DNA of 64,000 nucleotides from a virus (Duplodnaviria; Caudoviricetes). The number at the start of each line of letters is the position of its first letter. The first letter of the stretch is position 1. The stretch covers positions 4,365 to 68,364 of IMG/VR virus record IMGVR_UViG_3300049712_000011; one strand, 5' to 3'. Below are positions 38,058-46,885 of the stretch, in pieces. The position numbers were made by a program, and so were the translations under genes. The notes under the pieces are model-generated. The model was not told the origin of the DNA and searched no databases. It saw nothing but the letters and a program-made list of their open reading frames with translations.

Positions 38058-38992
38058 GTAATGTTGCAAGGCTTGAAGCGGAACTGAAGAAGAAATTCGG
38101 ACAGGTGAAGTCCACTGGAAACGGTTGGCTCCGCATTCAGTGTCCTACTTGCACTTCTCACAACGCGAAGAAATTCAAGCGTTACGTTTCGACGACAAGC
38201 CGATATTCAAACTGTTTCATTTGTGGCAAAAGAATGGACATCCAGGATCTGACCAACGGTTTTTACGTTCCCAGCTATGACCCTAAAGACGTCAAAGCTG
38301 TTGTAAAGAAAGAGGTCGATCCTCGGGCATTGGAGATGCCATGTTACAGCTCAATTCCTGTTAACCAACTTGAAGCAGACCATCCAGCTGTGAAATTCCT
38401 GCATAAGGACTTTCTATACGACTTGGATAGGTATGCTATAGAGTACGGGATTGTATACGTTCCTTCAGATGGAGGAAAGGTATTCAGGACTACCGCTCCG
38501 TATACAACATCCGCAGAACGCTTAATCTTCCCAGTGTTCTTCAACAAGAAGATGGTTGGATGGCAGATGAGATCAATCCCAGGCACCTTTTACGGTGACC
38601 GGAAGGATGTCGTCCGCTATTACCATCTCTTCGATAAAGGTAGTTATGTGTTCAACTATGATAACGCGATTCAACATGATGAAGTGATTGTAGTCGAAGG
38701 CGTCAAGAAAGCACTAAAGTTTCCCAATGCAGTAGCAACCTGGGGAACTGGTATTTCTAACCCTCAGATGCAAATCATTCAGCAATGGGATCGTATTGTC
38801 ATGATGTTGGATGGTGAAGAACATAACGGCACTCAACAACGAGCTAAGGAGTTTGTAGAGGGGCTTAAGACAGCAGGTAAGAAGGCAATCAACATAGATC
38901 TAAGAAGCTATGGTGTAACCTCGCCTGATGACCTGCCTGCTGAAACTCTGCAGAACATTGTTAGAGAAGAATGGTGTGAACAATATGCCTGA
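38054..38992 (+). CDS. dnaG: DNA primase (Zn finger plus TOPRIM)
   Basis: CPTC..CFIC, LIFPV, VVEG, MLDGE, SPDDL. Confidence 0.85.
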   Translation: MSNVARLEAELKKKFGQVKSTGNGWLRIQCPTCTSHNAKKFKRYVSTTSRYSNCFICGKRMDIQDLTNGFYVPSYDPKDVKAVVKKEVDPRALEMPCYSSIPVNQLEADHPAVKFLHKDFLYDLDRYAIEYGIVYVPSDGGKVFRTTAPYTTSAERLIFPVFFNKKMVGWQMRSIPGTFYGDRKDVVRYYHLFDKGSYVFNYDNAIQHDEVIVVEGVKKALKFPNAVATWGTGISNPQMQIIQQWDRIVMMLDGEEHNGTQQRAKEFVEGLKTAGKKAINIDLRSYGVTSPDDLPAETLQNIVREEWCEQYA

Positions 38993-39563
38993 AGAACTAG
39001 ACGATCTAGATCAAGACCTGTTTGATGAATTGAAGTCCCAGTACTTTAAGCAAACAGGTAGAGAAAATATCAAGGCCTTTCAAAATCCACAATTGGACAA
39101 GGCTCTCAAGAAAGCTTCAGCTTTATGTAGAGAGCACGAGATTGATCCAGGTGTATTTATAGCAGCTCAGATGCAATATTTCACTCCAAGGACAGGACAG
39201 AAGAAGATGTTCCCTAACGACTTCTGTCCTGCCAATGCGGTGGAGAACTGTCTCAACTTCAAAAGTATAGTTCACAAGGGCGGAACTGTTAAAGGCTCCT
39301 GGGAAGTGCAGAAGCGTTACCTGGGTATGGCCATAAAGAATACAGGCAGAACGGTAGAAGAGATTCTACTCGATCATAACATCAATTTCTCTGCATGGTT
39401 TAGGTGCTTGATCACTAAAGAGCCAATACCTTCTGTAATCAAAAGATGGGGTTATGAGGCAAGCCAGGAACTACAATCAGAAGATTTGAAGGTGTTCTTT
39501 GAACATCTTAAGAGAGACGAAGGTCTCGAATTTGACTTTTCCCGAATCCCGAAGTACTGGTAA
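38985..39563 (+). CDS. hypothetical protein (possible helicase loader)
   Basis: Lies between primase and helicase; function inferred from position only. Confidence 0.45.
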   Translation: MPEELDDLDQDLFDELKSQYFKQTGRENIKAFQNPQLDKALKKASALCREHEIDPGVFIAAQMQYFTPRTGQKKMFPNDFCPANAVENCLNFKSIVHKGGTVKGSWEVQKRYLGMAIKNTGRTVEEILLDHNINFSAWFRCLITKEPIPSVIKRWGYEASQELQSEDLKVFFEHLKRDEGLEFDFSRIPKYW

Positions 39564-39567
39564 CAAT

Positions 39568-40995
39568 ATGCCTGATGACAAAATAGCAATGGACAGTAAT
39601 GACTACATTGAGTTGTTACTCAGACACCTTGTGAGAAGCAAACCAGTATTCGACAAGGCGGTAGCTCTAAAGCTTACAGGAGACGACCTGATATTGGACG
39701 AAACATTTGGTGTTCAGCTCTACAAGGAGCTTGCAGACACAATTTTTGAAATAGGTTTCTGTCCGATAGACCAAAATCTACTGTTCGCTCATGTTAATCG
39801 CAAGATTGAGGATTGTATCATTCCTGATACTCAGTTTGATATTACTTGCGAACTTTTGGACTTCATTTACGACGGTCAATGCAGTCCATTGTACTTCCTC
39901 AACACACTTAAAGACTTCGTTAAATCACGTCGATCTTCACGGATCGCTCACGAGCATAAGGACAACCCGGATCTCATGTATCAGAACATGCAGAGCCTGA
40001 TGGTTGATCTTCATACAGACGAGTTCGCTGCTGCTGCAGTTAAAATACATCCCTTCGCAGCACCTGTGTTTAAAACACACCAGGAGCTTATGGGTGTCGG
40101 CTTGCAGGAATTGGACGAACGAATGCACGGTCTTGGCCTTGGAGAGTACGGCATCATAGTCGGATTCTCTGGAGGTGGTAAGACTGTTCTAGGCTGTAAC
40201 ATCGTCTCAAACAATGCCTCAGTTGGTTTTCCATCTCAGTTCATCTCGCTAGAAGCAGATGAGGTGGAAATCTCTCAACGCTTTTACTCTAAGTTCTTTG
40301 AAATTCCCTATTCTGAACTCCACAAGGGAGGTGCGAATATTCAATTAGAGGAAGCGTTTAAGGATCCAGCACTGGAGTCTCGACGACAGAACTTGGCGAG
40401 AAACCTATCTCTCATCGGCTTAAAAGGACAAACTCCTATTACAGCTGACCAGGTTTATCAAGTTATGGTGAATAACTATGAGACTACAGGCTTTGCACCA
40501 ATGGTTGTAGTGCTCGACCAGCTCCAGTTCGTGGAGCCTAGAGCAATACAAAAAGGCATGAAGGATTGGGAAATTGAGAAGCGCGTGTCCGCAGAATTAG
40601 ACGAACTATCCCACAAGACGATCGGTGGGCAGAAATTCTGTTTATGGGTTCTACACCAGGCTAAAGGTAAGCTGAAGAGGTGCTTCAGCCGTGATGACAT
40701 TGATGGATTCAAGGGAGTCATCCATAAGCCCGACCTGGTGATGGGAATTGGTCGTGATAGCGAAAAGACAAACGAGTGTGATATCTTCTCCCTGAAGGTA
40801 AGACATTGCCCAGATTTCAACATCACTTATAACACTGATTTTCAATATATGAGATTCGGTGCATTTAAGCCTAAAGATGGTGAGAGGGCATCGAGCTGGA
40901 GTAGGCCTACTAGCAATCCAATGGCTGACAGTGGACCTCCTCAACCGCCCTCATTCGATTCCCCTCCGCAACCTCCGGAGGTGGCTAATGAATGA
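39568..40995 (+). CDS. dnaB: DnaB-like replicative helicase
   Basis: GFSGGGKT, ISLE, VLDQLQ, LHQA, KPDLVMGI, KVRH. Confidence 0.82.
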   Translation: MPDDKIAMDSNDYIELLLRHLVRSKPVFDKAVALKLTGDDLILDETFGVQLYKELADTIFEIGFCPIDQNLLFAHVNRKIEDCIIPDTQFDITCELLDFIYDGQCSPLYFLNTLKDFVKSRRSSRIAHEHKDNPDLMYQNMQSLMVDLHTDEFAAAAVKIHPFAAPVFKTHQELMGVGLQELDERMHGLGLGEYGIIVGFSGGGKTVLGCNIVSNNASVGFPSQFISLEADEVEISQRFYSKFFEIPYSELHKGGANIQLEEAFKDPALESRRQNLARNLSLIGLKGQTPITADQVYQVMVNNYETTGFAPMVVVLDQLQFVEPRAIQKGMKDWEIEKRVSAELDELSHKTIGGQKFCLWVLHQAKGKLKRCFSRDDIDGFKGVIHKPDLVMGIGRDSEKTNECDIFSLKVRHCPDFNITYNTDFQYMRFGAFKPKDGERASSWSRPTSNPMADSGPPQPPSFDSPPQPPEVANE

Positions 40996-41407
40996 GGAGA
41001 ATAATGACAGTGTAATCTATACAAACGAGATATACTGTATAACGTCAAGACATGGAACTCAGTTTCATACTTTGACCGTTAGCCCGTTGTGGGTGGGATT
41101 CTTGAATCCTCAACCACACGTCTTGTCGACCTATCTAGGTGAACACACCTTTGTAGTGCAAACTGATAAGCCGATGTATCTGATTCCATACAACCACCAG
41201 ATGGCTCTTAAGTACGCTACCAAGGTTATAGACCTGGACACTTATCCATCTGGTAAGGCACCTTGTGACGCTCATAGAGTGATAAAGGTTCCTATGGAAT
41301 TTACGTTGAACGTAATGCCGTATTTTCAATTTAAGATTGATGAGGGAGGTACGCTTTACAAAAGAGAAGGAGATAGTAAATGGCAGAAGTGCAAGCTACA
41401 GCAATAG
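40988..41407 (+). CDS. hypothetical protein
   Basis: ATG at 40988 overlapping the helicase stop. Confidence 0.5.
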   Translation: MNEENNDSVIYTNEIYCITSRHGTQFHTLTVSPLWVGFLNPQPHVLSTYLGEHTFVVQTDKPMYLIPYNHQMALKYATKVIDLDTYPSGKAPCDAHRVIKVPMEFTLNVMPYFQFKIDEGGTLYKREGDSKWQKCKLQQ

Positions 41408-44169
41408 GTATTGACGAGTTCTTAGAGAACATACAGAAGCTTAAACCGGAGGGCGTGGATAAGAAGTGGATACTTCCTTATGGTGATCACGAAGCAAAGT
41501 TGATGATCATAATGAGTTATCCTGGAGCAGACGCGCTACAAACTGGTGAGCTAATGGAGGGTCCGAATGGGTTAGAGCTAAGCAATGCGTTAGATGTGGC
41601 TGGCTTCAAAGAGTCCGATTACTATTTGACCAGCATGGTTAAGTATGGAATTGGAAACTTGCCAAAACCCACTACCGCTCAGATTAACGAATGCTCTGCA
41701 GCATTGGATTATGAGATAGAGGTAATCAAACCAGACTTGATTATCACACTAGGTGCGGAACCCTTCAAACGCATCATGAAGCAGAATTCGAAGATTACTG
41801 ATTACATGGGCAACATTATTGATAGCCCATATGGTAAGCTTCTCCCGAATTTCTCGCCAGGCATGATCGTAACTCAAGATCCAAGAAAACGCCCACAGTT
41901 CAGAGAAGTATTTGAGCTAGCTAAACGTTTCCTGGATGGAACCCTTGAGTACACTCCATACGAGTACATTGTAGTGGATGACCCGGATGTTAGTAAGGAA
42001 ATCATTCAACACTACATCGACACAGAGCAATTCCAGATAGGCTATGACGCAGAGTGGTTTGGAACTAAAATGACCGATGATGAAGTCATGTATACGTTCC
42101 AATTCAGCTGTGAACCACACAAGGCTATTATCCTGGACATCTCCAAGGATGGTGTTAAAGAAAACTTGGAACTGCTTCATACAGTTAAGCCACTATTGGA
42201 GCATCCTAAAGCAGAGCGTATGGGTTGGAACGTACGAGCTGACGATAAGAGACTCAAGCTTAGAGGTATCACACCTTTGGAAGAAACCTTAGGTTTCGAC
42301 GGAATGAAAGCTTGTGGCTTCCTGGATAGCAGATGGCCAAAGGGTTTGGAAACTGGTATTAAGTACTTCACTAAATATCGCCCATACTACAAGGACCTCA
42401 CAAAGGTTCTAAAGGATAACGGGTTAAAGTATAGTGAGATGGCTAAGGCTAAGTTCATTGATCCCAAGACATTCTATGAGTACTGCGGTGGTGACGCCGT
42501 AGCACACAGAACCGCGTGTCTTGGTATGAAGGAACGTATGCTGCAGCTTCCTCCTAAACAGAGGGACTACTACTTCAACACGTATCTTCCACTGTCCAAC
42601 TACTTGATGGATCTGGAGCTTACCGGCATATCTATCGACATGAAGGTATTGCAGGATCTCACAGACAAGTATGGCGCTAAGTACGATGAGCTTAGAGGCA
42701 AGCTGTTGGAGCTTACCAAGCCTTACCTGGAGACGTTCAACCCTAACTCCTCCAAGGATAAGAAGGTCTTGTTATTTGACCAGCTCAAGCTTACACCTGC
42801 GTTCTACACTAAAGACAGGAAGATCAAATCTCGAGCTTGGTTTGAGAAGCAGAAAACAGCAACCCAGAAGCAATGCTCACCCAGCACTAATGGTAAATCG
42901 CTTGCTACAATTGCCTTCGACTTGGAGAAGGAGCTTAAAATCACTGGTGACCCAGAGGTTCGAGCTAAGCATGAGATTGTACAAACCATGTTGCAGCTGG
43001 CCCGTGTTGGTGTATTTGCAACTAAGTTCCTTTGTAAAGACGGAACAGAGTTCGATGAAACGCCAGAAGAGGAAGATGACGAGACAGAAGCTAAGAAGAT
43101 ATCCTACTGGACTTCCATTTGTAAAGATGGTCGTATCCATCCGGACTTCTTTGAATGTCTGAAGAACTTCCGAAGCAGCTCAACACCTAACGTCCAAAAC
43201 CCGGCGTCAAAGGTGTTGTCCCACGTTCCAGCGATTTTCGTACCAGATTACGCAAATAAGCTGAAGGAACTGAAGGCTCTTAAACTTCCTGAAGATGAAT
43301 TCAAGAAGAAAAAGAAAGAGCTCGAAGCGCCGATTCCTGACAACGTTCGCCATATCTTCTACGGAGGTAGCAAGGATTGGCACTGGGCTGAAGTGGACGT
43401 TGCTGGAGCTGACTTGGCGATTGCTGCGTTTGTGTCCGGTGACAAGAAGTATATTACTGACATGCTTAAGGGTGGTTTCCACCTTACGAAAGCTAAAGAG
43501 TATTTCCAAGATCCTAATGTGTCTAAGGATGACTACTCTCGCTATGTATCTGCTAAGGCTATTACTTTCCGTGTGGCCTATACCGCAGATCTTATGTCAG
43601 CTTCTCTCCCAATTCAGGCGGAAATCTATGCGGAGTCTGGTATCTATGTAGATCTAGACCGTATTGAGTTCGCTTTGAAGACTTGGGAAAACTACGATAC
43701 GTACATGGCCTTCCGGGACCATTGTACGAAGCAAGTAGAGGAAACAAAGAGTATCGTGAACCTTAGAGGTATTCGTTATCACTTTGAGGATAGCGAAGAC
43801 TTTAAGATTCTGGCTGGATGGAAGAATGAATCGTTAGCTTATCCTATTGCTAGTGAGCTAGCTCTGTTTCTGTGGGACGTATCAGTCTCAATGAAGAAGC
43901 AGCTTAAAAAGGATGGGCTATGGCTCGATAAGATCTACCCAGTAAACTCTGTACATGATGCGTCATATTGGACAGTCCATAAAGACCTCATGAAAGACAA
44001 CTACTTCCCGGAATTATGCAAGTACTTCTTCACGAAGCACTGCAAGATCACCACTGGAGATAACTTAGGTATGGAAATGGTCGTCGCGGACCGCTGGAAA
44101 GGTAAGGATGCTGTATTCCATGGTGAGACTCAGTGGGACTTCGAAAAGAAGTGCTGGAACTGGAAATAA
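41380..44169 (+). CDS. polA: family A DNA polymerase with N-terminal uracil-DNA-glycosylase-like and 3'-5' exonuclease domains
   Basis: UDG-like PYGDHEAKLMII..PG..IKPDLIITLG; exo YDAE; motifs A (EVDVAGAD), B (R..AKAITF..AY), C (VHD). Confidence 0.9.
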   Translation: MAEVQATAIGIDEFLENIQKLKPEGVDKKWILPYGDHEAKLMIIMSYPGADALQTGELMEGPNGLELSNALDVAGFKESDYYLTSMVKYGIGNLPKPTTAQINECSAALDYEIEVIKPDLIITLGAEPFKRIMKQNSKITDYMGNIIDSPYGKLLPNFSPGMIVTQDPRKRPQFREVFELAKRFLDGTLEYTPYEYIVVDDPDVSKEIIQHYIDTEQFQIGYDAEWFGTKMTDDEVMYTFQFSCEPHKAIILDISKDGVKENLELLHTVKPLLEHPKAERMGWNVRADDKRLKLRGITPLEETLGFDGMKACGFLDSRWPKGLETGIKYFTKYRPYYKDLTKVLKDNGLKYSEMAKAKFIDPKTFYEYCGGDAVAHRTACLGMKERMLQLPPKQRDYYFNTYLPLSNYLMDLELTGISIDMKVLQDLTDKYGAKYDELRGKLLELTKPYLETFNPNSSKDKKVLLFDQLKLTPAFYTKDRKIKSRAWFEKQKTATQKQCSPSTNGKSLATIAFDLEKELKITGDPEVRAKHEIVQTMLQLARVGVFATKFLCKDGTEFDETPEEEDDETEAKKISYWTSICKDGRIHPDFFECLKNFRSSSTPNVQNPASKVLSHVPAIFVPDYANKLKELKALKLPEDEFKKKKKELEAPIPDNVRHIFYGGSKDWHWAEVDVAGADLAIAAFVSGDKKYITDMLKGGFHLTKAKEYFQDPNVSKDDYSRYVSAKAITFRVAYTADLMSASLPIQAEIYAESGIYVDLDRIEFALKTWENYDTYMAFRDHCTKQVEETKSIVNLRGIRYHFEDSEDFKILAGWKNESLAYPIASELALFLWDVSVSMKKQLKKDGLWLDKIYPVNSVHDASYWTVHKDLMKDNYFPELCKYFFTKHCKITTGDNLGMEMVVADRWKGKDAVFHGETQWDFEKKCWNWK

Positions 44170-44174
44170 ATACT

Positions 44175-44507
44175 ATGGAACTATCTGAACTGTTAGAACA
44201 AGCTGAAAAAGCTAATCGCACTAAAGAAACTAGCGTTACAATCGCTATTGCACAAACTCCTGTTGCTGAAATTAAAACTGCAAAGGAAGGTAAGGTAAAG
44301 ACCGAAGAACTCACCCAGGAAGGTGAAGTATTCTCCTGTGATACAACTAATGTCAAGGCGACCCTGACTTTTCCACCGCAAAGGTTGAAAAAGGGTGCGA
44401 CTCTTGATATCAGTGGTGTCATTGAAGGTCAAACGACTGCCACGCTGCACCTGAACGGTAAAGCAGCAAAATCGTTATATACGATGCTTCGACAAGCATA
44501 CGAATAA
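44175..44507 (+). CDS. hypothetical protein
   Basis: ATG at 44175; followed by a hairpin. Confidence 0.55.
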   Translation: MELSELLEQAEKANRTKETSVTIAIAQTPVAEIKTAKEGKVKTEELTQEGEVFSCDTTNVKATLTFPPQRLKKGATLDISGVIEGQTTATLHLNGKAAKSLYTMLRQAYE

Positions 44508-44567
44508 CGACTCACTCAACCTAGACCCTCCATCTACCCAGGTGGAGGGTCAACCCTTTAATAACCC

Positions 44568-45308
44568 ATGACCAAAAACACTATGAAGTTAGGTATTATT
44601 TTTGAAGCACCTTTTACCAACGACAAATTCGACAAGCACAGCACAGCTCCGGCGTTTGCTAGTTTGCGAGATCAAATTATCACTTACGCTGATGCTCTAA
44701 AGAAAGATCCCAATGTGATCATCGTGGATGCATTTGCTATCACCGAACCTGGTGACTACGGTAAGCGCGCCACGCAACCAGCCGATTCCCATATCGCTGA
44801 GTTGAAGGCTCAACAGACAGAGAACATTAACAAGGAGACACCTAAGCCTGCTACCAAGACGGCTAAGGCACCTGCAACAGGTCCTGTGACTGCTCCTGTT
44901 AAAGTTGCAGCCAAAGTCAAAGCAGCTGTTGAACCTGAAAAGAAACAGAAGACTGCTGTTGTTGAGAAGAAAGCTATGGAAGGTATTTCGTTCGGCCCTG
45001 GTGCTCGCGCCCTCGAGGATGAAGATACTAAACCGGCTAAATCTGCTAAGGCTGCCGCTGTTGCTGCTGAAGATGTCGATGCTGTCCTTGACAAGATCTT
45101 CGAAAATCTCAAGCGTACGGAGAAGTCCGTAACGATTGTCACTGCACTAGCGAAAGCTGGTGGTGAAGTCTCAACTGCGGATCTGGTCAAAGCCACCAAG
45201 ATCAATGGTAATGATCTAGGCTCCTGGCTATCTCAGACCGGCAAAAGCATCAAAGCTCTTGAGAAGGTTGGACGAGGCAAATACCGTCTCGACTTTGCAA
45301 AGGTCTAA
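44568..45308 (+). CDS. protein with Lys/Ala-rich linker and C-terminal winged-HTH-like domain
   Basis: PAK/AAK repeats; C-terminal helices plus wing (GRGKYRL). Confidence 0.55.
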   Translation: MTKNTMKLGIIFEAPFTNDKFDKHSTAPAFASLRDQIITYADALKKDPNVIIVDAFAITEPGDYGKRATQPADSHIAELKAQQTENINKETPKPATKTAKAPATGPVTAPVKVAAKVKAAVEPEKKQKTAVVEKKAMEGISFGPGARALEDEDTKPAKSAKAAAVAAEDVDAVLDKIFENLKRTEKSVTIVTALAKAGGEVSTADLVKATKINGNDLGSWLSQTGKSIKALEKVGRGKYRLDFAKV

Positions 45309-45346
45309 TTTTTGACAAGGGTGGGTGAAATATCCCACCCCTTCTT

Positions 45347-45589
45347 ATGACACGAGCTAAGGTCTATAGTTTAATTGACGGCGAACGAGATTACCAGGAA
45401 CTTCGACATGCTTACGATAAGCATTCCGTAGGAGACTGGTTGACTTTTATGCGGTACTATCTTGACGAAGCTACCGCGCAGTTTACGACTAAGAGTGCGA
45501 GTACAGAAGATCCACTCATAGAGGTTCGTAAGTTAGCAGCTTTGGCTGTAGCTTGCATGGAGCAACATGACACTCCTGCTAGAGAATGA
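45347..45589 (+). CDS. small MazG-like helical protein
   Basis: ERDYQ...DW...EVRKLAALAVACME. Confidence 0.45.
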   Translation: MTRAKVYSLIDGERDYQELRHAYDKHSVGDWLTFMRYYLDEATAQFTTKSASTEDPLIEVRKLAALAVACMEQHDTPARE

Positions 45590-46350
45590 AAGCTACATTA
45601 AAACCAAAAGTCAAAAAAGCTGCAGAACCGATTTTTCACCTCTCAGACAATGGCAAAACAAAGTTCAGATCAAATCATAGAAATACATTTGGTTTGAACT
45701 TTGGCTTGCCCAAAAATGGAGGTACTTGCCCAGGAGCCACTAGTGGCCAGGGCGGCTGTTTGGATGTCAGAACTGGATGCTCTAGAGAAACTTGTTACAT
45801 GGCTAAGATTGTACAGATCTATAAAGCTGTGGGGCAGACATTGTTGGATAATACTAACCTGGTTCGCGATAAGTCGTATGAGGAGATGGTTCCCATCCTT
45901 CGTACCACAATACAACACTTCGTAGATAAGAACCCTGAGGGTAAATGGTATTTCCGACTTCATTATAGTGGTGACTTCTTTTCCCCGGCTTACACAAGAG
46001 CCTGGGCGACCGTTATCAACGAGTTTCCTAAAGTAAAGTTCTGGGTTTACACAAGGTCTTTTCATCTGGTACAGTACTTAATAGATTGTACCAACCTTAC
46101 GATCATGTTGAGCGTAGACCCTGTCAATAAAGACAAGGGTTTAGAGCTTTACAAGACGTATGAAGAGAGACCGAATATTGGGCTTGCCTGGTTGGGTGAG
46201 AATGAACCTGATACTGTCAGGTGGGTGACTTGTCCTGAGACGTCTGGTATATTAAAGAATACCAAGGATCAAGGAGCCTGTGCCCGATGCCGGTTATGCA
46301 TCGACAGGTACAAATCTAAAGTCAGAAACATAAAGTTTTTGATACATTGA
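45586..46350 (+). CDS. GP88-like Cys-rich protein
   Basis: CPGA..C..CYMAK, FRLHYSGDFFS, FWVYTRS, SVD, CPE..C..C..C. Confidence 0.7.
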   Translation: MKATLKPKVKKAAEPIFHLSDNGKTKFRSNHRNTFGLNFGLPKNGGTCPGATSGQGGCLDVRTGCSRETCYMAKIVQIYKAVGQTLLDNTNLVRDKSYEEMVPILRTTIQHFVDKNPEGKWYFRLHYSGDFFSPAYTRAWATVINEFPKVKFWVYTRSFHLVQYLIDCTNLTIMLSVDPVNKDKGLELYKTYEERPNIGLAWLGENEPDTVRWVTCPETSGILKNTKDQGACARCRLCIDRYKSKVRNIKFLIH

Positions 46351-46426
46351 CGTTATTAACCCTAAACATTGAGAGGGACATTACTCTCGAACTGCAAAAC
46401 TAAAAAGCAAACTAAAACGGTGACAG

Positions 46427-46461
46427 CGTAATGTGTACTTTCGAAATTATTACACATTATG
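46427..46461 (+). promoter_or_regulatory. hairpin sequestering the Ubl start codon
   Basis: TAATGTGTA (46429-37) pairs with TACACATTA (46451-59); stem includes the A of ATG 46459. Confidence 0.5.
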
Positions 46462-46746
46462 GCAACTACAACTACTAACAACAAGATCGTTACTATCCGT
46501 TTGACCGACAACACTGGTCACACTACACTTGAGCAGGCTATCGACCAGGCTATCGTCACGGTCGTCAAGGAGCACTTCGCCAATGGCAAGTGGCCTTGGG
46601 TTGGCGCTCGTCCGTTCCAGTTCACTGCGACGGATCTCAACGACGCCACAGGCCTTTTGACGGACACCATCCGTCTCAAGGAAATGCTTGAGGAGTCCGA
46701 CGAGCCTATCGTCGTTCTCACTGGTGCCCTCCAGGGTGGCTGCTAA
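46459..46746 (+). CDS. ubiquitin-like (beta-grasp) protein precursor ending in -GG-C
   Basis: beta-beta-alpha-beta...beta pattern, C-terminus VVLTGALQGGC*; E1 and JAB genes downstream. Confidence 0.7.
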   Translation: MATTTTNNKIVTIRLTDNTGHTTLEQAIDQAIVTVVKEHFANGKWPWVGARPFQFTATDLNDATGLLTDTIRLKEMLEESDEPIVVLTGALQGGC

Positions 46747-46771
46747 TCAGCCTGCTGGTTGAATTAAGGTT

Positions 46772-46795
46772 GGGGAGGGACTTCGGTTTCTCCCC
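46772..46795 (+). terminator. stable cUUCGg hairpin after the Ubl gene (partial terminator or stabiliser)
   Basis: GGGGAGGGAC-TTCG-GTTTCTCCCC, weak U tract. Confidence 0.5.
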
Positions 46796-46885
46796 TTCCT
46801 AATGATCTTGGTTCCTGCCAGCGGCAGGTAACTCACAAAGGCCCCCACAGAGCCTAGCGAATCTGTGGATTTATTCCTTTTACAT

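Noticed and set aside
14362-44169. Inteins or group I introns in RNR, terminase, helicases and polymerase
   Set aside because: ORFs are continuous and of expected size; no C/S...HN splice motifs or LAGLIDADG/HNH inserts were recognised.
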